From: an uncultured Clostridia bacterium | GTDB taxonomy: Bacteria > Bacillota > Clostridia > Oscillospirales > CAG-272 | Length of the DNA stretch: 64,000 nucleotides | Direction of reading: 5' to 3' | Assembly: GCA_944381075.1 (NCBI GenBank) | Contig: CALWJT010000006.1 | Location: forward strand, 7,575 to 71,574 | Part shown: positions 18,686-28,247 of the stretch, one piece after another | Numbering within the stretch: the first letter of the stretch is position 1 | Layout of the letters: each line of letters starts with the position of its first letter | Translations under genes and position numbers: made by a program | Notes under the pieces: generated by a model | What the model saw: the letters and a program-made list of their open reading frames with translations, nothing else | Told to the model about the DNA's origin: nothing | The model's database searches: none

Positions 18686-18701
18686 ATGAATAAATATTCA
18701 T
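18686..18701. promoter_or_regulatory. Palindrome ATGAATA-AA-TATTCAT between the divergent protease promoters (candidate operator)
   Basis: 7-bp perfect arms. It lies 5 nt upstream of the M6 -35 and 13 nt upstream of the S1 -35. Confidence 0.35.
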
Positions 18702-18714
18702 CGCAAAAAAGTTA

Positions 18715-18743
18715 TTTACAAACATGTTAATATATGGTATACT
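18715..18743 (+). promoter_or_regulatory. Candidate promoter of S1 protease copy 1
   Basis: TTTACA, 17 bp, TATACT. The leader is about 150 nt. Confidence 0.5.
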
Positions 18744-18896
18744 TATAGTATAAGAACGGAACTTCATCTCAAAAAAAATTCCGGAATGCTTTCAGGCATG
18801 TGATTTTCCATATTTGGAAGCGGAAGGCCGTCAGAAAGGAGGAAGAAAAAGGCCTTATCGTAACTACGCCAAAAACACACAAGAAAGGATAGTACC

Positions 18897-19936
18897 ATGA
18901 AAAAAGCACTCAAACGTATCTTTGCATTTCTTCTCTGCGCTTGCTTTTGCATCGCGTTTTCCATCACCGCCGGCGCTGCGGACGCACTATCCGATATCCT
19001 TGCGAGCCTTGACACGGTTAAAAAGTATGATATAATTGAATATGATTATATCACCAAAACAAAACGTGTCATCCCATGGGAGAGCATCCCGAATTACAGC
19101 AGTACCACCTCCACCACTTATGAGCTTGCCGCCATGGCCTCTGAGCTGCCAAGGCTTGCCCAGATGAAAGCGGCGCAGGCAGAATTTTCGGTGTCTCCGT
19201 TTTCCGTGATCGACCCGAGCAAGCCCTATACCCTGACGCCGCCCAAGACGGGCAGCACCTATAACGTGCCGTATTCGGGCGTGGTATATCTCATGTTAGG
19301 GATCGACTGGGACAGCGATGGAATAACGGATTTACCCAATTGGAGCCGCGCTACCGGCTTTATGGTCGCACCGGACGTGATGGTGACCGCCGGACATGTC
19401 TTCGTAGATGAGAAACAGGAAATATCCGAGGTCCGCGTCTATCCCTATTATCACAGCTCCATACAGCCGAGCATCTATTACGGAGATTATATCCATCCCG
19501 AAAGATGGGTATGTGTCGATTTTGCAGCACCATCGGCACCAGTGAGGCCGACAATCACGACTGGTGCGTGGTGAAGCTGCAGGAGCCGCTGCCCGATGCG
19601 TTTTATTTTCCCTGCACCTATGAATCGCTCGCGCCGTTCTCACATCCGGTGCTTGTCTCCGGCTATCCCACCTGCACCAATGCCGCCTGCACAATAGAAA
19701 ACTGTTCGCATCAAGACTTTCATCAGGTCACAAGCGAGGGCTACGCGACGCAGGCAAGCCCGTATCTGCTCCACTATGACAACAATACATACCAGGGTAA
19801 CAGCGGAAGTCCGGTCTATCTGCCAAGCTATGTCTGCGTGGCGATCCACTCGAAGGGCGGTGTGACCTATAACCAAGGCGTCAAAATCACAGAGGAAATC
19901 TATAACGTCATTTCCTATTATATCAATTTAAATTGA
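18897..19936 (+). pseudogene. Secreted S1 (glutamyl-endopeptidase/trypsin-fold) serine protease, interrupted by a frameshift
   Basis: ORF 18897-19574 carries the signal peptide and the His motif VTAGHVF. ORF 19505-19936, in another frame, carries DWCVVKLQ (Asp) and GNSGSPVY (Ser). Together they are colinear with the intact paralogue at 28833-29759. The frame switch is near the T4 run at 19520-19523. Confidence 0.7.
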
Positions 19937-19946
19937 GGAGGCCGTT

Positions 19947-20630
19947 ATGTCTAAGAAATCTGCCTTTACGTGTTTTATACTGTGCATCGCTATTATTCTT
20001 TCACTCGCCTTTTCTGCCTGCGGAAGCACCAAAGTCGACAACACCACAGGACCATCTAGCAGCACCGAAGCCACGAACAATACCACCTCGGCATCCGAGC
20101 CAGCTGAAACTACAAGCAATTCCACCGCGTCCACGCCTCTTGAAACGACAGAGACAACAACACAGGCGCTGTGGCAGCCTAATTTTGATGAGCCATGGAA
20201 TTTCAATCCGACTTTCACAAGAGGCGGAATCGATTTCGATTATAATGACTACGACATGGAGATCATTCTCGATCAGACTGTATATGAAGAAGCTCCAGAC
20301 AGCATTTCTGTAAAAATCGTCAACAGAACCGGGAAAAAAAGCATTTGGATGTGCATCGGCGCTTTTCTTGAAGATCTCTATCTTGACCCTACCTATGAGG
20401 GACTCGAAGGACGAGTGAATGCTTATATGTGGGTCCGCCTCCCTTATTATGTGGGGATGTCATGGGGAGAAATGTGGGTGTCTGAAATGACATATACGAT
20501 CGACCTCACCAAAAACGGCTCACATTGGCAAGCCCCTTATGAATTCAAGCCCGGCAAATATCGCATCGTCTTCTTCTTCCCAGATGGACCACATTACGCT
20601 TATTTTGAAATAACCGGATCATCCTCCTGA
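19947..20630 (+). CDS. Lipoprotein partner of S1 protease copy 1 (BsuPI-like Ig-fold suspected)
   Basis: 227 aa with lipobox LAFSACGS and a T/S-rich linker. The C-terminal beta-rich domain shares ISVKIVNRTGK and PGKYRIVFFF with the product of 28248-28814. Confidence 0.6.
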   Translation: MSKKSAFTCFILCIAIILSLAFSACGSTKVDNTTGPSSSTEATNNTTSASEPAETTSNSTASTPLETTETTTQALWQPNFDEPWNFNPTFTRGGIDFDYNDYDMEIILDQTVYEEAPDSISVKIVNRTGKKSIWMCIGAFLEDLYLDPTYEGLEGRVNAYMWVRLPYYVGMSWGEMWVSEMTYTIDLTKNGSHWQAPYEFKPGKYRIVFFFPDGPHYAYFEITGSSS

Positions 20631-20720
20631 ACCTTCCTCCATAAGAAAATCCCATGCTGTGAAATATTCCAAAGCCCTCTATTTCTCAATATCAGCGTAT
20701 TTGCCGAAAGGAAACCACAT

Positions 20721-21422
20721 ATGCGTCTTGACAAATTCCTGTCCGAAACCGGAACGGCCTCCCGCTCGGAAAGCCGTAAGGCCGCAAGGGCCGGCGGCAT
20801 CTCCGTCAACGGCGATCCCGTTTCCGATCCCTCCTTTCCGATCGACCCTGAACACGACGAGGTCTCTTATTTCGGACGCCGCGTTCATTATCAAAAATAT
20901 GTCTATCTCATGATGAACAAGCCGGAGGGCGTGATCTCCGCCACCGACGACATATCCGAACGGACCGTACTCGACCTGCTGCCGGACAAGTACCGAAGGC
21001 TCGGCCTTTTCCCATGCGGCAGGCTTGACAAAAACACAACGGGACTCCTGATTCTGACCAACAACGGCGCGCTTGCCCACAAGCTGCTTTCTCCCAAGCA
21101 CCACGTAAAAAAAGCCTACCGCTTCACCTGCGAGAGACCGCTCTCGCAGGCGGACTGTGTTCAGCTGGAGCACGGCGTGGATATCGGCGAAGCCCGTCCG
21201 ACAGCGCCGGCAAGGCTCTCCCTTTCCGGCGACTGTGCGGGTGAGATCACGGTCACGGAAGGAAAATTTCATCAGATCAAGCGCATGTTTGAAGCGGTGG
21301 GCAACCGCATCATCACCCTGGAGCGGACAGCCTTTGCCGGGATCCCGCTCGACCCGACGCTCGCATACGGCAGCTTCCGGACGCTCACACAGGAAGAAGC
21401 CGAAATACTGGAGGGCAGATAG
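20721..21422 (+). CDS. rsuA: RsuA/RluB-family rRNA pseudouridine synthase
   Basis: S4 domain MRLDKFLSETGTASRSE and catalytic GRLDKNTTGLLILTNNG. The stop codon is TAG. Confidence 0.8.
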   Translation: MRLDKFLSETGTASRSESRKAARAGGISVNGDPVSDPSFPIDPEHDEVSYFGRRVHYQKYVYLMMNKPEGVISATDDISERTVLDLLPDKYRRLGLFPCGRLDKNTTGLLILTNNGALAHKLLSPKHHVKKAYRFTCERPLSQADCVQLEHGVDIGEARPTAPARLSLSGDCAGEITVTEGKFHQIKRMFEAVGNRIITLERTAFAGIPLDPTLAYGSFRTLTQEEAEILEGR

Positions 21423-21474
21423 TCTTTTTCACCGCCATCTAAAAATTTCACCAATACGGAGGTTCCAATTCAGC

Positions 21475-23628
21475 ATGGACATCATTCAAAAACTCAGCGA
21501 AGAGCTCTCGATCCGGCCGTCTCAGGCCGAGGCTGCAGTAAAGCTTCTTGACGAAGGCAACACCGTTCCCTTCATCGCACGCTACCGTAAGGAAGCGACA
21601 GGCTCGCTCGACGACGAACAGCTTCGCGCGCTTTGTGAAAGGCTCGCTTACCTGCGCGGGCTGGAAAAGCGCAAAGAGGAGGTCCGCCGCGCCATTTCCG
21701 AGCAAGGAAAAATGACGCCGGAAATCGAGCAAGCCCTGCAAAGCGCCGAGATTCTCGCCGAAATCGAAGATATCTACCGTCCGTTCAAGCAAAAAAAGAA
21801 AACGAGAGCCTCCGTCGCAAGAGAACGCGGACTCGCGCCGCTGGCGGAACTCCTTTTCTCTCAAAAGCCTCGTTATGACGCGCCGATTCCCGAAATCGCC
21901 GCCTCCTACATCAATGAGGAAAAGGGCGTCGCATCGGCGGAAGAGGCGCTTGCCGGCGCAATGGACATCATCGCGGAGGAAATTTCGGACAATGCCGACT
22001 ATCGCCATGACATCCGGACGCTGACCTTCCAGCACGGCTTTCTTTCCGTCAAGCAGGCGAAGGACGAGGATTCCGTTTACTCGATGTACTACGACTACAC
22101 GGAAAAGCTCACCGCCATGCCCTCTCACCGCGTCCTCGCCATCAATCGCGGTGAAAAAGAGGATTTTTTGAAGGTCTCCATCGACATATCCAAGGACATC
22201 CTGCTCAACGATCTGCTCTATCATGTCGTTACCGACGAAAAAAGTCCGGCATTTCCCTATGTGGTTTCCGCAATGACGGACAGCTATGACCGCCTCATCG
22301 CCCCCTCCATCGAGCGCGAGATCCGGGCCGATCTGTTCGACAAGGCGAGCGAAGGCGCCATCAAGCTCTTTTCCCAAAATCTCAAGCATCTGCTGATGCA
22401 GGCGCCGATCAAAGGGAAAACCGTTCTGGGCTTCGATCCCGGCTATCGTACCGGCTGTAAGCTCGCCGTCGTGGACAAGACCGGCAAGGTGCTGGATACC
22501 GCCGTCATTTATCCGACAAAGCCGCAGGAAAAAATCGAGGAATCCAAGAAGATCATCGGCCGTCTTATCCAAAAATATAACGTCGATATCATCTCCATCG
22601 GAAACGGAACGGCCTCCAAGGAAAGCGAGATCTTCGTTGCCGATACGCTGCGTGAGCTCGGCACGGGGACCAAGTATATCGTGACAAGCGAGGCCGGCGC
22701 TTCCGTTTATTCCGCCTCCAAGCTCGGGGCGGAGGAATTCCCCGATTTCGACGTTACACAGCGCAGCGCGGTGTCGATCGCGCGCCGCATTCAGGACCCG
22801 CTCGCGGAGCTTGTCAAAATCGACCCCAAATCCATCGGCGTCGGACAGTACCAGCACGATATGAAGGAAGCAAGGCTCGACGAGGCGCTTTCCGGCGTTG
22901 TGGAGGACTGCGTCAACGCGGTCGGCGTAGATGTCAATACGGCGTCCTATTCCCTGCTTGAGCACATCGCAGGCATCAACGCCGCCTCCGCCAAAAATAT
23001 CGTCAAATACCGAGAGGAAAACGGCGAATTCCACAGCCGCGCCGAACTGCTCCGCGTTCCAAGGATCGGCGCCAAGGCATACGAGCAGTGCGCGGGTTTC
23101 CTGCGCGTTTCCGGCTCGGAGGAAATTTTCGACAACACCGGCATCCATCCGGAATCCTATGAAACTGCCAAAATTCTTCTCGGCAAATTTGGGTATAATA
23201 AAAATGATATGACAAGCGCCGGTCTTTCCGGGATCCGAAAGGCCGCGACGGCCTATGGAATCGAAAAGCTCGCACGCGAGCTTTCCGCCGGCGAGCCGAC
23301 CGTGCTCGACATCCTTGCCGAACTCGAAAAGCCGGGGCGCGATATCCGCGACTCGCTTCCGACGCCGGAGCTCCGTTCGGACATTCTTGACATCTCCGAT
23401 CTATCGATCGGCATGGTCCTCGAGGGCGTTGTGCGCAATGTCATCGATTTCGGCGCATTCGTCGATATCGGCGTCCATCAGGACGGTCTTGTTCACATCT
23501 CTGAGATCAGTGAAAAATATATCAAGCATCCAAGCGAAGTGCTCGCGGTCGGAGACAAAGTCAAGGTCAAAATCAAGTCCCTCGATATCGCAAAAAAACG
23601 GATCGGACTTACGATGAAAAATCTTTAA
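21475..23628 (+). CDS. tex: Tex transcription accessory protein (S1 RNA-binding)
   Basis: N-terminus MDIIQKLSEELSIRPSQAEAAVKLLDEGNTVPFIARYRKE with YqgF, HhH and C-terminal S1 domains. The start was trimmed from 21157 to 21475. Confidence 0.9.
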   Translation: MDIIQKLSEELSIRPSQAEAAVKLLDEGNTVPFIARYRKEATGSLDDEQLRALCERLAYLRGLEKRKEEVRRAISEQGKMTPEIEQALQSAEILAEIEDIYRPFKQKKKTRASVARERGLAPLAELLFSQKPRYDAPIPEIAASYINEEKGVASAEEALAGAMDIIAEEISDNADYRHDIRTLTFQHGFLSVKQAKDEDSVYSMYYDYTEKLTAMPSHRVLAINRGEKEDFLKVSIDISKDILLNDLLYHVVTDEKSPAFPYVVSAMTDSYDRLIAPSIEREIRADLFDKASEGAIKLFSQNLKHLLMQAPIKGKTVLGFDPGYRTGCKLAVVDKTGKVLDTAVIYPTKPQEKIEESKKIIGRLIQKYNVDIISIGNGTASKESEIFVADTLRELGTGTKYIVTSEAGASVYSASKLGAEEFPDFDVTQRSAVSIARRIQDPLAELVKIDPKSIGVGQYQHDMKEARLDEALSGVVEDCVNAVGVDVNTASYSLLEHIAGINAASAKNIVKYREENGEFHSRAELLRVPRIGAKAYEQCAGFLRVSGSEEIFDNTGIHPESYETAKILLGKFGYNKNDMTSAGLSGIRKAATAYGIEKLARELSAGEPTVLDILAELEKPGRDIRDSLPTPELRSDILDISDLSIGMVLEGVVRNVIDFGAFVDIGVHQDGLVHISEISEKYIKHPSEVLAVGDKVKVKIKSLDIAKKRIGLTMKNL

Positions 23629-23730
23629 TTTATTAGTTTTTTTCTTTATTTTTCTCTTTGTTCAATATTATTTTACTGTTTTTGTGCAATAACGACAAAT
23701 AGAAAACTGAAATTTTGGAACTTTCCCCTC

Positions 23731-23759
23731 TTTCAAAATTTCATTCTATCTGCTATAAT
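23731..23759 (+). promoter_or_regulatory. Candidate promoter of the ABC ATPase gene
   Basis: TTTCAA, 17 bp, TATAAT in an AT-rich intergenic region. The leader is about 135 nt. Confidence 0.4.
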
Positions 23760-23895
23760 AATATCGTTACATTAGCATCGACACTTTTATTTTTTGAAAT
23801 AAGAATGCGTGTCCGCATTCTTTCCACATCTCTCACCGGCGGCTGAGTGATGGAAAATAGAAAATTCGTTATGTCGCCGAGAACGGAGTCTAATA

Positions 23896-25068
23896 ATGGC
23901 AAGCCTATCTTTAAGACACATCTACAAAAAATATCCCGGCGGAGTAACGGCAGTATCCGATTTTTGCCTTGAAGTCAAGGATACCGAATTCATCATCTTC
24001 GTCGGTCCTTCCGGATGCGGAAAATCCACCACGCTCCGTATGATTGCGGGACTCGAGGAAATCACGGAAGGCGAGCTCTTTATCGGTGACAAGCTGGTCA
24101 ACGACGTCGCGCCGAAGGACAGAGACATCGCAATGGTGTTCCAGAACTATGCTTTGTATCCGCATATGACGGTGTTTGACAACATGGCGTTCGGTCTGAA
24201 GCTTCGCAAAATGCCGAAGGAGACGATCAAGCGCAAGGTGGAGGAAGCGGCCCGCATCCTCGATATCACCCACCTGCTCGACCGTTATCCGAAGGCGTTG
24301 TCCGGCGGTCAGAAGCAGCGTGTCGCGCTCGGACGCGCCATTGTCCGTGACCCGCAGGTGTTCCTGCTCGACGAGCCGCTCTCCAACCTCGACGCAAAGC
24401 TCCGTGCAGCCATGAGAACGGAGATCACCAAGCTCCACAACAAGCTTGCCGCAACGTTTATTTACGTTACGCATGACCAGGTCGAAGCTATGACGATGGC
24501 AACAAGAATCGTCGTCATGAAGGACGGCATTATCCAGCAGGTCGACTCTCCTCAGAATCTGTACGACAATCCTGTCAACGTATTCGTCGCGGGCTTTATC
24601 GGTACGCCCCAGATGAACTTCATCAACTGCACGCTTGAGAAGGAAAACAGCGGTGTCTACCTGAAGTTCGGCGAGGTCAAGGTCAAGCTTCCCGAGGAAA
24701 AAGGAAATCTTCCGGAGCTTCAGCCCTATATCGGCAAGGAGGTCATCGCCGGTGTGCGTCCCGAGTGCATCGTCGATACGCCGATGCAGATCGCTGCCCT
24801 TGAGGAATGTTCCTTCGACGCTTATGTCGACGTAACGGAGCTGATGGGTGCCGAGGTTTACCTCTATCTCATTGCAAACCGCGTTGTCGTCGACGAGGAG
24901 CTTGCAAAGAGAAAGAATATCGTCATCGATAAATCCGGTGAGGTCAAGCTGACCGCCAGAGTTTCGCCGAGAACAACGGCGACGGCCGGCGATACCATCA
25001 AAGTGGCCATCGATACGACAAGAGTTCATATCTTCGACAAAGATACGGAAAAGTGCATCTGCCACTAA
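23896..25068 (+). CDS. Sugar ABC transporter ATP-binding protein (MsmK/MsmX/UgpC type), with no adjacent permease
   Basis: Walker A GPSGCGKST, signature LSGGQKQR, Walker B FLLDEP, and a MalK-like C-terminal regulatory domain. Confidence 0.9.
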   Translation: MASLSLRHIYKKYPGGVTAVSDFCLEVKDTEFIIFVGPSGCGKSTTLRMIAGLEEITEGELFIGDKLVNDVAPKDRDIAMVFQNYALYPHMTVFDNMAFGLKLRKMPKETIKRKVEEAARILDITHLLDRYPKALSGGQKQRVALGRAIVRDPQVFLLDEPLSNLDAKLRAAMRTEITKLHNKLAATFIYVTHDQVEAMTMATRIVVMKDGIIQQVDSPQNLYDNPVNVFVAGFIGTPQMNFINCTLEKENSGVYLKFGEVKVKLPEEKGNLPELQPYIGKEVIAGVRPECIVDTPMQIAALEECSFDAYVDVTELMGAEVYLYLIANRVVVDEELAKRKNIVIDKSGEVKLTARVSPRTTATAGDTIKVAIDTTRVHIFDKDTEKCICH

Positions 25069-25080
25069 TGAAAAAGAAAA

Positions 25081-25110
25081 GCCCCGCTTCCGTTTGGCGG
25101 GGCTTTTTTT
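25081..25110 (+). terminator. Intrinsic terminator
   Basis: GCCCCGC / GCGGGGC stem followed by T7. Confidence 0.7.
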
Positions 25111-25137
25111 AAATCCACGACGAAAGGAAAACAGCGT

Positions 25138-25605
25138 GTGAAACGATATGTGAAACAGAAGGTTTTTTCTTTCCGCGACAGCTTTACGGTCAAGGACGAG
25201 GAAGGAGTTGACCTCTACACGGTGGTCGGCGACTTTTTTTCCTTCCCGAAAGCCCTTCATATTTACGATGCGGCAGGCGCCGAAGTGCTGAAAATCTCCC
25301 GCAGGCTACTCACCTTCCTTCCCCGTTATCAGGTATTTCGGGGCGACGTGCTCGCCGTTGAAATCGCAAAAGAATTTTCCTTCTTCACCCCGAAATATTA
25401 TATCGACAGAGCGCCCTTTACCATAGAAGGAGATTTTCTTGCTCACAATTATGAAGTCCTGCGGGATGGAACCCCTGTCGCCAGCATCGGAAAGGAATGG
25501 TTCACATGGGGCGACAGCTACGTCATCGACATGGAACCGACGGAGGACGAGCTGATGATGCTCTCGATCCTCATTGTGATCGACTGTATCCTCTCGTCTG
25601 ACTAA
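25138..25605 (+). CDS. LURP-one-related / YxjI-family (tubby-like fold) protein
   Basis: 155 aa with a GTG start and a YxjI-like pattern (KQKVFSFRDSFTVKDEEG...LKISRRLLTFLPRYQVF). Confidence 0.6.
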   Translation: MKRYVKQKVFSFRDSFTVKDEEGVDLYTVVGDFFSFPKALHIYDAAGAEVLKISRRLLTFLPRYQVFRGDVLAVEIAKEFSFFTPKYYIDRAPFTIEGDFLAHNYEVLRDGTPVASIGKEWFTWGDSYVIDMEPTEDELMMLSILIVIDCILSSD

Positions 25606-25628
25606 TAAACAAAGAAAGGAACAATAGA

Positions 25629-26966
25629 ATGGTAAAAATTACATTTATCGGCGCAGGCAGCACGGTGTTCGTCAAAAATGTCATCGGAGACTGCCTGCTC
25701 TGCGACGCCATGCACGATGCCGAAATCGCGCTTTATGACATTGACGGCGCGCGTCTTTCTGAATCAGAGGAGCTGATTCTGGCCCTGAACCGCAGCATCA
25801 ACAAGGGCCGCGCGGTGATCCGGACGTATCTCGGCCCCGAAAACCGGCGTGCAGCGCTTGCCGGCGCGGACTTTGTCATCAATGCGGTCCAGGTCGGGCT
25901 TTATGAGCCCTGCACGGTCATCGATTTTGAGATCCCCAAGAAATACGGCCTGCGCCAGACCATCGGAGATACGCTCGGAATCGGCGGCATTTTCCGCGCG
26001 CTGCGCACGATCCCCGTTCTGCGCGGGATCGCACGGGATATGGAGGCCGTCTGTCCAAACGCATGGTTCCTCAATTACACCAACCCGATGGCGATGCTGA
26101 CCGGCTTTATGCAGCGGTATACAAAAATCAAAACCATCGGCCTTTGCCACAGCGTCCAGACCTGCGCGGACACGGTGCTCCGCGAATGCGGCATCGAGAC
26201 AGCAGGACACAGGGAGCTGATCGCCGGCATCAACCATATGGCATGGCTTTTAAAAATAGAGGATTTAGACGGCAACGACCTATACCCGCAGATCCGCCGC
26301 ATCGCGGCGGAGAAAAATGCGTCCTCTGAAGGACACCGCGACATGGTGCGCTTTGATTATATCCTCAAATTCGGATACTACTGCACGGAAAGCAGCGAGC
26401 ACAACGCGGAATATAACCCATTCTATATCAAATCCAAATATCCGGAGCTCATCGAGCGGTATCACATCCCGCTCGACGAATATCCGCGCCGCTGCGTGAA
26501 CCAAATCGAGAAATGGAAGACACAGAAGGAGGAAATCCTGAATGGCGGCAATATCGAGCATACGCGCAGCATCGAATATGCTTCGCATATATTGGAATCC
26601 ATCCTTACAGATACGCCGTACCGCATCGGCGGAAACGTCATCAATCGCGGGCTTATCCCAAATCTCGTAAAGGATGCCTGCGTGGAGGTCCCCTGCCTTG
26701 TGGACGGCAGCGGCATATCTCCGACCTACGTCGGCGAGCTGCCGCCTCAGTGCGCTGCGATGAATATGACGAACATCAACGTCCAGCTTCTCACCGTCGA
26801 AGCAGCCGTGACCGGCAAAAAGGAGCTGGTTTACAACGCCGCCATGCTGGACCCGCATACCGCCGCGGAGCTTTCCATCGACGATATCATCGCCATGTGC
26901 GACGAGCTGCTGGAAGCCCACACAGCGGCGGGCTATCCCTGCCTCGGCGCAGATCTTGCGTTCTAA
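25629..26966 (+). CDS. GH4-family NAD-dependent alpha-galactosidase/alpha-glucosidase
   Basis: 445 aa with the N-terminal Rossmann motif KITFIGAGSTVF, GLCHSV and INHMAW. Confidence 0.85.
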   Translation: MVKITFIGAGSTVFVKNVIGDCLLCDAMHDAEIALYDIDGARLSESEELILALNRSINKGRAVIRTYLGPENRRAALAGADFVINAVQVGLYEPCTVIDFEIPKKYGLRQTIGDTLGIGGIFRALRTIPVLRGIARDMEAVCPNAWFLNYTNPMAMLTGFMQRYTKIKTIGLCHSVQTCADTVLRECGIETAGHRELIAGINHMAWLLKIEDLDGNDLYPQIRRIAAEKNASSEGHRDMVRFDYILKFGYYCTESSEHNAEYNPFYIKSKYPELIERYHIPLDEYPRRCVNQIEKWKTQKEEILNGGNIEHTRSIEYASHILESILTDTPYRIGGNVINRGLIPNLVKDACVEVPCLVDGSGISPTYVGELPPQCAAMNMTNINVQLLTVEAAVTGKKELVYNAAMLDPHTAAELSIDDIIAMCDELLEAHTAAGYPCLGADLAF

Positions 26967-26984
26967 TTTCATCTCAAACCAAAA

Positions 26985-27008
26985 AGCCGGCATTTCTGCC
27001 GGCTTTTT
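26985..27008. terminator. Bidirectional terminator between convergent genes
   Basis: AGCCGGCA / TGCCGGCT stem flanked by A5 and T5. Confidence 0.7.
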
Positions 27009-27019
27009 GGTTTGAAATA

Positions 27020-28183
27020 TCAGCCTTTGATGGCGGCAAACCGATGATGCTCCGAAGATTCCTTCGCCGCAAGACACATATTCACACTGAGGATCCCGTC
27101 CCGCAACGACGAACGAGAGCGGGCGCGTCCTGCGACCACGTCGGTAAAATTCCGGCACAGCGCCTCGTCACCGCCGCCGTGCCCGTCCTTTGCGTCAAAA
27201 TGATACGTTTCTGTCCGGCATACATGATGCATGAAAACGCGGACATCTCCGCTTTGAAAATCAAACTCCGCTGTTCCGGCATAGCCGAGGAAGCGCGCGC
27301 CCCTCAAACCGGCGCCCTTTCTCGCGAAAAAGTTCTGCGAATAAACGACGTGCATGCCCGTCTCATAGCGAATGATCGCGCTGCCGCTGTCCTCATTGCC
27401 GGTATCCTCGGCAAAGCAGCACCAAGGACCATATAAGTATTCTCCGGCCCGGTGCGCGCTGACATAGCTTTCCGGACAGGTCTGCTTCTCCTCACATTCG
27501 TCACACAGCTTTCCGGCCGGCTTGTCTCCTTTGAAAATCTGTTTGGAGGTCATCGCACAGATTTCGACCGGCCGGATTCTCAGGATCGAATTGATATAGT
27601 CAAAATCGTGCGTTGCCTTTTGCAGCCAAAGACCGCCGGTTTCCTTTTCATCCCGATACCATCCGTGAAAGTAAACACGCCCGTAAGGAACATCGTTGAC
27701 CGCCTGAACATGCTCCACCGTTCCGATTTTTCCGCTGTCCACGATTTCCCGCAGCATCTGCACCTGCTCCGTTAAACGGAGCGGAAAGGAGACGACCGTC
27801 TTATCGTTCATCTCCGGATGGACAGCGAGAGCCTCTTCGATCTCGGCCAGTCCTTTTGCAGAAACCGCGATCGGCTTTTCCAAAAACATCGGGATCCCGC
27901 GGCGGATCACCATAGCCGCAAGGTGCGCATGCGCCGAGCACCGAGTCCCGACCATCACACCGTCAAGCGCTTCCCTCTCCAGCATCGTCTGCGCTTCGGC
28001 ATAAATCGGCACAGAATCGATTTTCGGCTCGTCCCATTTGAGAACGTCCCGCATTCTGGCTCTTACGCCTTCCGCATCCGGATCCGCAACGGCGGCAAGC
28101 TCACATTCCCGAAGCCCCGCAAGACGGCAGAAGACGTCGGTCATCCGCAGCCCCATACCAATGATTCCAATCCGATAAGACAT
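27020..28183 (-). CDS. Gfo/Idh/MocA-family oxidoreductase
   Basis: 387 aa with the N-terminal Rossmann motif YRIGIIGMG and EKP. Confidence 0.8.
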   Translation of the reverse strand: MSYRIGIIGMGLRMTDVFCRLAGLRECELAAVADPDAEGVRARMRDVLKWDEPKIDSVPIYAEAQTMLEREALDGVMVGTRCSAHAHLAAMVIRRGIPMFLEKPIAVSAKGLAEIEEALAVHPEMNDKTVVSFPLRLTEQVQMLREIVDSGKIGTVEHVQAVNDVPYGRVYFHGWYRDEKETGGLWLQKATHDFDYINSILRIRPVEICAMTSKQIFKGDKPAGKLCDECEEKQTCPESYVSAHRAGEYLYGPWCCFAEDTGNEDSGSAIIRYETGMHVVYSQNFFARKGAGLRGARFLGYAGTAEFDFQSGDVRVFMHHVCRTETYHFDAKDGHGGGDEALCRNFTDVVAGRARSRSSLRDGILSVNMCLAAKESSEHHRFAAIKG

Positions 28184-28247
28184 AACAAAGCCCCCTCATT
28201 TTTTTACCCATTGTAGCACCAGAAGCGGAAAAAGTCAACGCATTCCT

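Noticed and set aside
21157-21474. N-terminal extensions of track ORFs, for example tex from 21157, plsX to 3350, murD to 57277, rpoD to 40573, the NUDIX gene to 44381, yigZ to 45376 and acpP to 12921.
   Set aside because: The extensions overlap upstream genes or are Arg-rich with no RBS. Internal ATG codons preceded by GGAGG-type sites coincide with canonical protein N-termini.
23801-23822. The hairpin AAGAATGCG-TGTC-CGCATTCTT in the leader of the ABC ATPase gene as a terminator or riboswitch.
   Set aside because: No U-run follows on either strand, and I could recognise no conserved riboswitch core. It is too little evidence on its own.
23896-25068. The orphan sugar-ABC ATPase without permease genes as an anomaly.
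   Set aside because: Stand-alone MsmK/MsmX-type ATPases that energise several sugar importers are well established in Firmicutes.
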